NCBI RefSeq assembly: GCF_902459465.1
Contig: NC_047062.1
Coordinates: forward strand, 12,586,001-12,650,000
Source of the DNA: Asterias rubens
Lineage: Eukaryota
Direction: 5' to 3'
DNA length: 64,000 nt
The notes under the pieces were generated by a model that was not told the DNA's origin, made no database searches, and saw only the letters and a list, made by a program, of their open reading frames with translations. Made by a program: the position numbers and the translations under genes. Below, piece by piece: positions 1-11,800 of the stretch (positions are counted from its first letter, which is position 1; every line of letters begins with the position of its first letter).

Positions 1-535
1 TGTTTTTTCTTTCATCATTTTCTCGCAACTTTGATGACCGATCGAGCCCAAATTTTCACAAGATTATTATTTTATGCTTATGATGGGACACACCAAGTGA
101 GAAGACTGGACTTTGACAATTCCCAAAAGTGTACCTTCCCTTTAATACCAGCTGATAAGGGAGGAGGGAATACAACGAATGTTCAACAACAAATGTACTT
201 TTTGTTTTCTCTTGATGTGGAGTTATATTACTCCGTTTATTCAACATTCATCAGCAAAGGCATACATCAAATAAACACACTATCAAAATGTACTTTTATC
301 TGAAATAATATATGTATATTACTGCTTTTTCTTGTGGTAAGAACATGGATCCTTATCATAGCCCTGTAATCAATTTTACAACATTCTAAAAGAAACACTT
401 TCACATTCATAACACTGTTTTTATCGTCTGTCATCCGGAAAATTGGGAGTGCCAACAATTGGGGTTGATAACTCAGTTGGTAGAGTGCTCTCAAAACTAC
501 TTTGAAATATTTGCACCAATTCAATTTCTATCCTG

Positions 536-666
536 GGGGTGGATTCCACAAAGAGTTAGGACTAGTCTTATCTCGAGTTAGGATCAGTTACTCGTCCTAA
601 CCTAACTTAGCCATACATTTTTTATATCTCCTAGGACTAGTCCTAACTCTTTGTGAAATCGACCCC
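536..666. mobile_element. Short palindromic MITE in a DPH6 intron
   Basis: Inverted termini GGGGTGGATTCCACAAAGAGTTAGGACTAGTC ... GACTAGTCCTAACTCTTTGTGAAATCGACCCC. Confidence 0.6.
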
Positions 667-701
667 AGAACTTGACAACACCTCTGGACCTCCATACTTA
701 C

Positions 702-1489
702 CATACGCATCATATGGGGCTGGATCTCTTGCAAAGTCTTCCCAAGATGACTTGCCTCTAAACCTGTTGAAGAAAAAACACAACAAGTTCTGTCTCGGGA
801 CACAATATGACATTGAACAGTCGCCTTGGTAGGGAATTGAGCCAATGTCATTCCTCAGTCTACAGTAGATGTATTACGTGGCAACACGGACGTCTCTATT
901 TTTTTTTACATAATACTAATATTGGGTGGAATGCCATATGATTTCACTGTAGTATTCGCTTAGAATAAAACATGTTTAGCAGTCTATTTCTTTGTAATAT
1001 TCTCTCCTCGTACCAATTTAAAAGAAGTTTGCCTGTCTCCTAAAACAAAAATTCATTTGGGTCGACCTGGAGTCTTGTCTGCAGTTGCTCCGAATCCATT
1101 TGGTTTGGTGCAACTCTGGAGTGCTTGTCTGAACCTGGGGCCGATTTCACAAAGGTCTAAGATTGATCGTAACTGTAAATCAATCGTAGTTGCTAAGTAA
1201 AGTGTGATGTCACAATGCAAATCGCTATGGAAATACTGACATTTTTTCTTGTGATGAACTTTATTGCTTTGTGAAATCGGCCATGGTGTTTTAAATCATC
1301 TTAAGTATTAATGTATCACCTAAAGCTGCAACTTTGATGATGATAGCCTCCACTCCAGCCGTTATCATCTCCTTCAGTAGCTCTTCTTGGTTTCGTCTCC
1401 ATAGGAAGGCCAATGGTGTAAGTCCAAGTCTGGTACATCTTTAAGTGATTCATTGGGATACACAAAGATAATCTGCTAACATTATTGGT

Positions 1490-1548
<59 letters not shown>

Positions 1549-4500
1549 TTTCGGTGGCCCATTCAGTGGCAACCATTGGTCTCCCATGGGTACCAGCATG
1601 TTCAAAGACAGTAAAAAAAGAAAGGTGTACAATGTTATCAAACAAATGCTACGTACAAAATAAAGCCACCAAATCTAGGAAAGAATAATCTGGTTATTTA
1701 TAAGTTTAAAACAGGCAGATTCTTCAGAATTAAAAGAAGGGCATTTCATCCTGACTCCTTCAATTCAAAAGTTTTTCCCTGCCTCTGCCCTGGATAATGG
1801 AAGTACAACGTTTTAGCATCCAACTGTTCTCTCCTCCTCCAACAAGTAATTTGTCCTCCAACATCTACTCCCCTATGTACATTTTATGGTGAGCAGGACT
1901 GTATGCTTTGTTTTTGAAATGGCAAGGGCACCACAGCATTTTCTCTTTGGAAAAGGGCACCCTATCAGGACATTTTAAATTTCTACTAGAGCATTTCAAG
2001 GGCACCATTTCAATGACCTGGGGGCATGGAGGCAATCGCCTTTGTTGCCTCAGGCCTGGACTAGTTACACACTGTACTCACACATTTTCCACTCGAACTC
2101 TTTGATAGTTTGACAGAATTGCCCCAACAGAAACGCCATCAACTCCCAAGTCATTCTGTCAAGCAAGATAGAAAAACAAAATAAAAAGTTGTGAGAATAA
2201 CTTACTTTTGAAGCAGTCAATTTACAGGCATTAAATTTATCACAATGTGAGTGCAGTATACTTTCAATGCATAGATCAACCTATCAGAAAAAAACTCACC
2301 AAAATAGGGAAAATTCAAGCTGTTTGTTTGAATGATCTTCCCGCCAATATTATTATAAGTTTTATTGTGACTTAAAGGCACTGGACACATTTGGTAATTA
2401 CTCAAAATAATTATTAGCATAAAACCTTACTTGGTAACAAGTAATAGGGAGAGGTTGGTAGTATAAAACATTGTGAGCAACAGTGCCCTCTGAAGTAACA
2501 CAGTTTTTGAGAAAGAAGTAATTTCTCACTAAAACGTTTAAATTTGATTTTTAGACGTCAGAATTGGATTTTGAGGTCTAGAAATCAAGAATCTGAAAGC
2601 ACACAACTTGTGCAGCAAGAGCGTTTTTTCTTACATTATTCTCTTGCAACTTCAACGACCAATTGCGCTCAAATTTTCACAGGTTTGTTATTTTATGCAA
2701 TACACCAAGTGAGAAGACTCGTCTTTGACAATTACCAATAGTGTCCAGTGCCATTAACAAATGGCAATCAGTGGGTTTTACCTTAATTTTCTGTAACAGT
2801 GTGTACAAATCTTCCACTTCATCTCCCTCAGTGGGTTCATAATCTCGACCCTGCTCCATGGACGTTCCTTCAATGCAGCCTCTATACAGAGGTAAACCCA
2901 TAGCTTCAGCATACAGGTCAATAGCGTGATGGCCAACCGTTTGATACATGTAGCTATCCAGTTCATCAGGGGTAGATTTTCCACCTGTTTGTTGAAGGAA
3001 GGCACAATATCAAACCTGTCAATTTAAGCGCAAACTTTCCTTGTGGAAACGTTATTACAAAAGTATGTACTTTTGATCACCAGGATATTATATCAAGATC
3101 TATATTTTATTATAAATAAAATAAAATTAGGTTTATAGCAAAGAGTTTGTATTTGGGAACTTTCTGATCATTCTTTACCCTTAAAAATATAAATTCACTG
3201 ATGAATAACAAATATTTGTTTATAATTAATTAATAGCAAAATTGTACACGCATCTTTCACTGATAATTAATCCATTTATTACACCTTCACTTCAGGTTTG
3301 ATGGGATTTTTACTATTGTAGACTTGAAATGCTTTTCAACACCCCATATCCATTTTCACACAGGTATCTGTCAAACTATTTTTGAACTGATTGGAATTGT
3401 CCTAGCATTTACCACTTTGGTTAGCCCCTGGGAGGCTATTCCAGTTATCAACTTCTCGCTGTGTGAAGAAGTACTTTCTGAGATTGAGACCTTTATTTAG
3501 CCTTTTTTTGAAGAGCTTCAAGAAAACTTTAATCTATATCTTACCGGTTTGTTTTGGTCTCAAGTTTGCCAGGGCCACAAGTTGATGTCCCTCAGCGACA
3601 CACTGCATCATGTTATAGCAACTGTCCTTACCACCACTGGGGGGAAAAATAGAGATAAAATGTATGTCCGTGTACAGTTTAGGCTACTTCTAGAAACTAT
3701 AAGGCTCCCCTGGCTGGGAGCCTTATAGTTTCTAGAAGTACGTTTAGGCTTCTTTGAAGATTTTTTTTTTTAAATATAGACATGCTAGATGGATAAAAAA
3801 AGTTAATGGTCTGATGTTTTGACCCTAGCACAGTCTTGTTTTAGCCATTGAGAAAGACTCTGCTACTAACTAAGGTTGAAACTTCGGGCCATTAACAATT
3901 TTTTGCATTTATACCATCGGTCCTTTTGGTTGGTAAGTTTTTTGCAACAGCTTATTTTTATTTTCTCATCACTACTAGATAATAGATTATGGTCCAGCTG
4001 TTGAGAAATCTGCTCCAAACAAACTACTGTCGAGGGTCATCGCAATTGCTGCCTTATATTAATACCATTGGCAGAGTTTTAAATATCTTAAATAATGGAT
4101 GGAGGTAGAAATTAAAGCTTACTTTCTTCAATGTATAACAAACAAAACAACTAATTAAAATATACATCTCAATATTTTTGTCAAATTGGCAAAAAAAAAC
4201 AGACATTTTTAGTAGAATCAATAGTTAAGGATTCCAGTTTCTTTATTTCCTGATAAAAATGCTGTCATTATTTATGACCATCAGATCTTCATAGTTGAAA
4301 TAATCGAAAACCCAACAGTGGGGAGGTGTTAAAATTATCGTAACAAGGGTCATCGAAGATTTTTTCACCAGGAAAAATAACATTATTTTTTAATCATCAT
4401 GCATCAAAATGGTCAACGCTAAAACGGATATAATGTCAATAATTATTGATTGATTTTGAATGATATTACTAATTACTGAGTGTATGATTATTTTTCATGG

Positions 4501-5145
4501 TAGTAATAGTATGGAAAAATGGAAATAACTTGTATTTGAATTTTAAATGAAAAAAAATGTGATAATAAATAATCTTTGGCGTTGAACAAAGAATTGACTA
4601 GAGTGGGATTCGAACCAACGACCTCCGGATTAACGTGCCGGCGCGCTACCAACTGAGCTATCTAGCCCTATATTGGCGGCGTCCCTGTTTTGTCAATATC
4701 TTTGTTCGGGGGTGCCAGTCAGAAGCCATACAACCGTTAACTGCCGTGTAGCCAGGGATCACACCCAAATTACGATACAACCTGGGAAGCGGCAGCTAGG
4801 GGATCACCTTAAGGGGATGCGACTTTTAATCGATAAATCATAAATCTTCATTCTTCATCAGATTCTGAATGAACTATATTATATGCATAGCCATAATATA
4901 CACTCACTATATCTAATTTAAAATAGAGTTTGTTTTTTTATCTTTATCTACAGCAGAATACAAAATTTCTATCAGTAATCACATTTACAGAATCACTTAG
5001 TTGCGATAACCATGCGATAACTAACCCTCCTGCCGACGGCATAACTACATGAACTAAGATTAGAATCACTAAGAAGTCAGAGGCTCAGTGAGTGCTATTT
5101 TATTTATTTTATAAATCATCACCTGATCAGGGCTACCACCTTCAT
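702..5145 (-). CDS. DPH6: Diphthine--ammonia ligase (diphthamide synthase), 5' six coding exons; 3' end lies beyond the left edge of the window
   Basis: Exons 5145-5123 (MKVVALIS), 3636-3545 (GGKDSCYNMMQCVAEGHQLVALANLRP), 2984-2782 (DELDSYMYQTVGHHAIDLYAEAMGLPLY..EGDEVEDL), 2155-2082 (GVSVGAILSNYQRVRVENV), 1438-1320 (RLGLTPLAFLWRRNQEELLKEM..IKVAALG) and 763-702 (HLGKTL). All introns are GT-AG, phases are consistent, and the motifs match the conserved DPH6/ATPBD4 N-terminal domain. Confidence 0.96.
1139..1282. mobile_element. MITE with GGCCGATTTCACAAAG terminal inverted repeats
   Basis: Perfect 16-bp TIR GGCCGATTTCACAAAG/CTTTGTGAAATCGGCC; termini resemble those of the element at 536-666. Confidence 0.6.
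1488..1550. repeat. (TTTA)n microsatellite, probably the tail of a minus-strand retroelement 3' end
   Basis: About 15 tandem TTTA units; they explain the spurious (YLFI)n ORF. Confidence 0.9.
2376..2753. mobile_element. Kolobok/T2-type MITE (dominant ~380 bp family in this window)
   Basis: TTAA|AGGCACTGGACAC...GTGTCCAGTGCCA|TTAA: TTAA flanks with AGG termini. Many related copies occur across the window (1-142, 20570-21328, 28545-28891, 30633-30978, 31570-32328, 44543-44895, 48892-49262, 62176-62553). Confidence 0.85.
4595..4667 (-). tRNA. tRNA-like sequence (GTT at the anticodon position, Asn-like); probably a pseudogene or repeat-borne copy
   Basis: Minus strand GGCTAGA TA GCTC AGTTGGTA GCGC G CCGGC ACGTTAA TCCGG AGGTC GTTGG TTCGAAT CCCAC TCTAGTC A. 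A and B boxes are intact and the acceptor stem pairs, but there are single mismatches in the D, anticodon and T stems and C instead of U at position 33. Confidence 0.5.
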
Positions 5146-5375
5146 GTTCTATTCTGCATTAACCTTCCGGTGAAACTCAAACAAATTACGATAAAACACA
5201 AAGCACAGACGATCTTGGTGTGATGAGTTTCCTTTGAGATGACTTGTGTTGTTTACTTGCTCATCCACGCACATGTCATCCTAAAGGTCGAATGTCAACA
5301 TAAACAGTTTGCGCTTATACTATTACTGGACATAATGTATTTATATTTTCTTACAATTTGCCGCTTTAATATAAT

Positions 5376-7682
5376 GTATTTACTATAAAATACTAAATTA
5401 TGAAATTACCATGAAGTTTTTCTTAATAACAAATAAATAATTTTGGTTTATTATTATCATTAATTTCATAAGTATTGAAAGAGGTCAGGCTCCACGTACA
5501 GCTGAAAGCTGGCTGCGTAAAAATATAGTCAACAGTGAATGTTTACACGACGACATAGAACTGTTTCTTTCTGTGGATTTGTTAACTGCAAGGTATTTAT
5601 CTAAGATTATTAGTAAATATTCATTGCAACAAAGAAGTGATGTTTTCATCTAAATATCATATGTGAACACAACGTGGAATACATGAATATTTTCACTTTA
5701 GTTTGTCGGTAGTTGGCTTATTATTTGTTTAGTAGAGTCACTCGGTCAGAAATAAATAGCGCCCCCATCGGATAGCAATGGAAAACTTCCGTAGAGTTTT
5801 TTCTTCAAAATAATTTCATTCAAAATTTAATGGATGAGCAAACAGAATTGGGATCCCAGACTTGTTTTGAACGTTACATAGATACAGTGTAACTGGGGTC
5901 GGTCTGTACCCATTGCATTATTAAAGGTTGACATTGCCTTTTTTTTCGTAGACTAGAGTCAGAGAGCCCCCATCCATCATGTCCAGGTTAATTTTCCACA
6001 CGTCGCCACCAATTTATCCGCCCTTATTTTATTTTTAATCCAAAACCACTGAATTTTGTTCTTACCTGAGTAGAAGGGTTACCGCATATATTGTAGCGTC
6101 ATACGTTATAAACCCTTATAATGTTTTCAAACCCAAACTTTGATTCCTGTTTACCGCGAGACTGTGCAAGCTCCACCAGTGACAGAAGCTCTGCTGTTTA
6201 CTCATGGTCTGTATTTCGGTCCTACTACTTGCCGTCAACTCGCCGACTTGCCGTCAACTCGCCGTCAACTCATTTTCGTGTCGTCAACTCATTAAATTTA
6301 CATGAAAAATTTATAAATGGGACACGGAAGTGTTAAGTCTGGGCTAAACTACATATTTCTCATGGTTTTCGGTAAAAATTCATTCACAAAAACGACTTTG
6401 TGTTGATAAAAAAAAAGTACCAATCATTGACATCTTGGGCCAAGACTAATCAATGTGAAAAAGCAAGATGGCGGCCGACGGTTTTGCTGTTTCGAGATAA
6501 TTTTTTCACGAGAAAAAAACTCAATTTTTGTATTTACTATAAAATACTAAATTATGAAATTACCATGAAGTTTTTTTTAATAACAAATAAATAATTTTGG
6601 TTTATTATTATCATTAATTTCATAAGTATTGAAAGAAGTCAGGCTCCACGTACAGCTGAAAGCTGGCTGCGTAAAAATATAGTCAACAGTGAATGTTTAC
6701 ACGACGACATAGAACTGTTTCTTTCTGTGGATTTGTTAACTGCAAGGTATTTATCTAAGATTATTAGTAAATATTCATTGCAACAAAGAAGTGATGTTTT
6801 CATCTAAATATCATATGTGAACACAACAGGGAATACATGAATATTTTCACTTTAGTTTGTCGGTAGTTGGCTTATTATTTGTTTAGTAGAGTCACTCGGT
6901 CAGAAATAAATAGCGCCCCCATCGGATAGCAATGGAAAACTTCCGTAGAGTTTTTCTTCAAAATAATTTCATTCAAAATTTAATGGATGAGCAAACAGAA
7001 TTGGGATCCCAGACTTGTTTTGAACGTTACATAGATACAGTGTAACTGGGGTCGGTCTGTACCCATTGCATTATTAAAGGTTGACATTGCCTTTTTTTTC
7101 GTAGACTAGAGTCAGAGAGCCCCCATCCATCATGTCCAGGTTAATTTTCCACACGTCGCCACCAATTTATCCGCCCTTATTTTATTTTTAATCCAAAACC
7201 ACTGAATTTTGTTCTTACCTGAGTAGAAGGGTTACCGCATATATTGTAGCGTCATACGTTATAAACCCTTATAATGTTTTCAAACCCAAACTTTGATTCC
7301 TGTTTACCGCGAGACTGTGCAAGCTCCACCAGTGACAGAAGCTCTGCTGTTTACTCATGGTCTGTATTTCGGTCCTACTACTTGCCGTCAACTCGCCGCC
7401 TTGCCGTCAACTCGCCGTCAACTCATTTTCGTGCCGTCAACTCATTAAATTTACATGAAAAATTTATAAATGGGACACGGAAGTGTTAAGTCTGGGCTAA
7501 ACTACATATTTCTCATGGTTTTCGGTAAAAATTCATTCACAAAAACGACTTTGTGTTGATAAAAAAAAAGTACCAATCATTGACATCTTGGGCCAAGACT
7601 AATCAATGTGAAAAAGCAAGATGGCGGCCGACGGTTTTGCTGTTTCGAGATAATTTTTTCACGAGAAAAAAACTCAATTTTT
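5376..7682. repeat. Recent direct tandem duplication, unit ~1153 bp (5376-6529 / 6530-7682)
   Basis: The copies are near-identical at an offset of 1153-1154 (for example ORFs 6121 and 7274), with only a handful of substitutions. Confidence 0.95.
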
Positions 7683-7841
7683 ATTCCGAAATATGACCTA
7701 AAACTTTCGCGAATTCTCTTTGAGCTGATACTTTACAGTTTTATGTTTCTTTTGTGGATTTTAAATGTATATTGGAGGAGTTGACGGCGAGTTGACGGCG
7801 CAAGTGAGTTGACGGCGAGTTGACGGCAAGTAGTAGGACCC
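7370..7841. mobile_element. MITE with long sub-repeated TIRs and 8-bp (possibly up to 10-bp) TSD, hAT- or Mutator-like
   Basis: TIR GGTCCTACTACTTGCCGTCAACTCGCCG / CGGCGAGTTGACGGCAAGTAGTAGGACC with flanking direct repeat CTGTATTT (7362-7369, 7842-7849). A truncated left part is duplicated at ~6217-6529. Confidence 0.8.
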
Positions 7842-8823
7842 CTGTATTTTCGTCAGGCTTAATCATGCTGAGAATAAAGTTTCCTGTCGTAGGTTATGCT
7901 AAAAGCTTCAAACATTACTAATGCATTATTATGCTAACAATTAAGTGAGTCTAAGAAACATCATCCAACCTCTTAATTTCAAAACAAAATTATCGTCTGC
8001 TAGATTGAGTTTCATTCTCCTTTAGTCACTAGATAGATCACGTGGGGTGGTTGCTATTTGGGATTCTATGGTGTGCCAATAATAGGGGGAAAAAATTAAA
8101 ACATTTGGATAATCTTCCGGACGTCGCCACCAATTTATCCGCCGTTAATTAACTGCAGACAGTAATAAATTCTGATAAACGTAATAAATAATATGTCTAC
8201 ATTAGAGAGAATTACATTACAGATTGGTTTCTTACTCTTGAAACAAAACATTGCTGGTCTGAAATGGAAAACAGATTGTTTTGAAGTGTTTGTGCTTCAA
8301 GGGGGTTGGGGTGTTTTACTGTCATGCCGTGTGATATCATCCGGATTCTAACCCAAGTAGCCATATATGTCTTGGGACAAAAATAAATTTGTTTAATAGT
8401 AATTGAAACAAGATTGAGCAAGATTGTGCGCACATGGAAATTAGATCTACCTTCAACTTTCAAGCAATATAATATGAGTCCCTGCTAATTCTTTTGGCTC
8501 ATTTTTATACCTAGTTGTGATTAACTGCCAACTTGATCCTCCTGATGGTCAAAGACTGGAGGCATGACCAAGAGCTTGCTACGATTATTACAGCTGGTTC
8601 AGACTTCAAGGTCACATCAAGGTCTTTTATTTGTGTGCCTTTTTACTCAAACTGACTGATGGTACAATATTAGCTAATATATTAATTAAAACTTCAAAAT
8701 AAATTTATTTCTTTATCTTTATTTCACACAGGAGAGCTATCCACAACATGGATATTGAGTATTGACTTTACTTTTGAGATAATCCCAAAAACATCCTGGC
8801 TGTAAATAAAACATCAGTAAACC

Positions 8824-11800
8824 ATGTCGTGGGTTTTCAGCAAGGCAGAGAATCTTCTCAACACGTTGGATCAATCCGCAAGTAATGTCCTAACCACCAC
8901 ACCCACCCAGGAGAAGAACTCCAGTCATTCCAACGGAGGAGCCGGTCATTTCACTCCAAATGACTCCTCCACCAGAAGCAGTGGCTTCGGTGATGGCTTC
9001 ACACCGTCGACCCACTTCCCTCAGATGTCCACTTCATCTAGTTCCCACAACCTCACGGCCACTGACTTGGCAAACACCGCCAACATCCGAAGGACTCCTA
9101 GTGACAGCTCTCTAAACTCAGGCTCACCTGTAGCGCAGAAGAGCCGAAGCTCCAAGCTCCGCACAGACCAAGATGATGAGAAACTATTTGAATTTTTGAA
9201 TAAACCATCAACAACGGGAAGATCGTCACCGCAAGTTGGGGACAAACGGAAAGATAGAAAAAGTATTGTGAACAGTGGGAGTGGAGTGGCAATAAATGGC
9301 CGACACTCGAGACAGTCGAGTACATCATCGACAATGTCCTCTAAAAGTGCTAGGGTGGAAGGAAGTACCCAAGATCTGTCTTCATCACCAACTATCGACC
9401 AACAAGGTAAACAATGATTCTAACCCTTCACTGACTGGCATGTTATAGTTTGAGTGAATTGTTGTAACTACTTACCATATTTCGCACGAACAGATCCCTA
9501 CAGTTATTTCACATACCACATCCTGATGTGGGGCGATGTATGTGTCGACTTTTACTAAAGTTTCATTGCATTGAGTGTATGTGAACCTAGTATTCCACAG
9601 ATTGTACCCATCGCCCTTTATTTTTTGTCCTGACTTATTTTTTCCATGAATGGTTGTTTTGCACTACTCAATCTTTTTACCCTGCAAGAAATAGCTAATG
9701 GCCTGACGTTTTGACCCTAGCAGAGTCTTTCTCGTTGACAGAGACTTTCCCTTTAGCCTTTGAGAAGGACTGCTAAATGTAGGTTAAAAATGTCAGGCCA
9801 TAAACTGTTTTGCAGTTGGTAAGCAGTTTGCAACAGCTAATTATTTTCCCCCTTTGTATCAGGCCTATTTTATAGTTATAACAATGGGCCAATGTCAGAT
9901 TTGGAATGTAGAGACTACAATGAAAAAAAATACAAACTTCTTATAATGTAAACTACGCAGAATAATTTGAGATCCTCTGGCAGTATGTATCAGGCCACTC
10001 AAAATTATGAGGTTTAAAGCCATTGGACATTTTCGGTAAACAGTATTGTCCAAAGCCCACATTTCGTGTACCACAACTTATATATAAAATAACAAACCTG
10101 TAAAAAATTAAGGCTCAATCGGTCATCGGAGTCTGGAGAAAATAACGGGAAAACCCACCCTTGTTTCCCCCTGTTTCGCCGTTTCATGACATGTGTTTAA
10201 AATAAATCCGTAATTCTCGAGAATTGATGTTGATGTTTTCTCAAAAAGTAAAATATTTCATGGAATAATATTTCAAGATAAGTCTTTCACCATTGCCTTC
10301 TGTAAACTCTGTAAATTATTTGTAAATCTGTTAACTTTTATTTTTTTTTCTGTACCGAAAGTGTGTAATGGCTTTAAACTATTTACTTCAACAGGCCTTA
10401 CCCAAGCTGGTGTCGACCAAGCAGACAGCAGTGAACCCCCGACAGCCAACAACATCTCAGATAGTGATCGCTCAGAGAGCCTTGAGGAGTCTTACCCGTC
10501 TGCCGCCCCCATCCAGGAGCAAGGCATCCAAGATGACCACTCCCACCAGCTGTCATCCCTAGCGTTGGAGAACAAACTATTGAAGAATGAGGTTGCATCC
10601 CTCAACCAGGAAATGATGGCAGCCCACAGCAGGGCTCGTAGTGCACAAGAAGGTAAGACTAGAGTCCCTTATATTATCAAGCTGTTTAGCAGAAAACAAT
10701 GTGTGGGGCACCAGTCATAACAATGTAAACTGGAATGATAGCTGGTATTATGCAACCTGTTTCTGCTAAGCAAGATATATAAATAATCATTCTTATTTTA
10801 ATATGTATTACATGTAGTGTAGGTAAGCAGTGATATGTGACTGCATTGAAGGGCTCCAAACTTAGTTTTTGGATTGGTCTAGGGATCCCCCAGAAGCCCA
10901 TTGTTGTTGGACACCCTAGGTCAAATGTCAAGGTCATTATGACTAAAACAAAAGAAATATTTTCCAAGCGATAACTCAAGAAGGCTTGGCACATCAACTC
11001 CAAACTTGGTTACTGGTTCGTGGATTGGTCTTTGTATCCCCTTAAGCCTATTGTTGTTGACCCACCTACATGTAGGTCAAATGTAAAGGTCAGAGTGGCT
11101 TAAACGAGAGAAAATTTTTCCGAGCAATGATAACTCAATAATTAGATTGATCTCAGCAGGGTGTTTGAGTTTCTTGTTTATTTATTTGGTGTTTGTCAAC
11201 ACACCATTCTTGTTTATTTATTTGTTATATATAATCTTAAAACGGTACACTTCTTTCTCACCTTATCTCCATTCAGAGCTCTACAGAGTCAAAGAGGAGA
11301 TGCAACGACGCCAGCAGCAGATGTCCAGCAGTGACAGCATCATCAGACAGCTGCAGGCAAGAGAGGAAGATCTGACTGAGGAACTTGGTGCTAAGAACTC
11401 ACAGCTTGCCGTCCTCAGGGTTCGCCTCCAAGAAGCAGACGGAGAACTCAAGGCAAAGAGCAAGCTATTCGAGGAGGTTCAGTCGGAACGGAATAGGTAT
11501 GGTACCTGCTTATCTTCGTTTGAGAAATAAAAAAAAGCTTTTTTTTTTAAAGCCTCAGTGTAAAAATATGTGATACTCCATGCCTAACCAGGGCCCAATT
11601 TTATAAAGCCTGTAAGCACCAAATGTTGCTAAGCATTGAAAATTCTTGCTCAGCAGAAGCAAGTTACCAGCCAATGCTCGATTAAGGTTGCATTAAATGT
11701 GACTGGTGATTTTTTGCTTAGCAAATAGCAAAGAAATTTGCTCAGCATTATTTTCTGTTAAGCTGCTTGATGAATTTGGCTCGGTTGCTTTCTGGCCTTG

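Noticed and set aside
1485-1688. (YLFI)n ORF
   Set aside because: Translation of a (TTTA)n microsatellite.
5758-5776. CTCF-like motif TAGCGCCCCCATCGG
   Set aside because: Only a partial match to the consensus, and similar GAGGGCGCT cores occur inside repeats here; not supportable without ChIP data.
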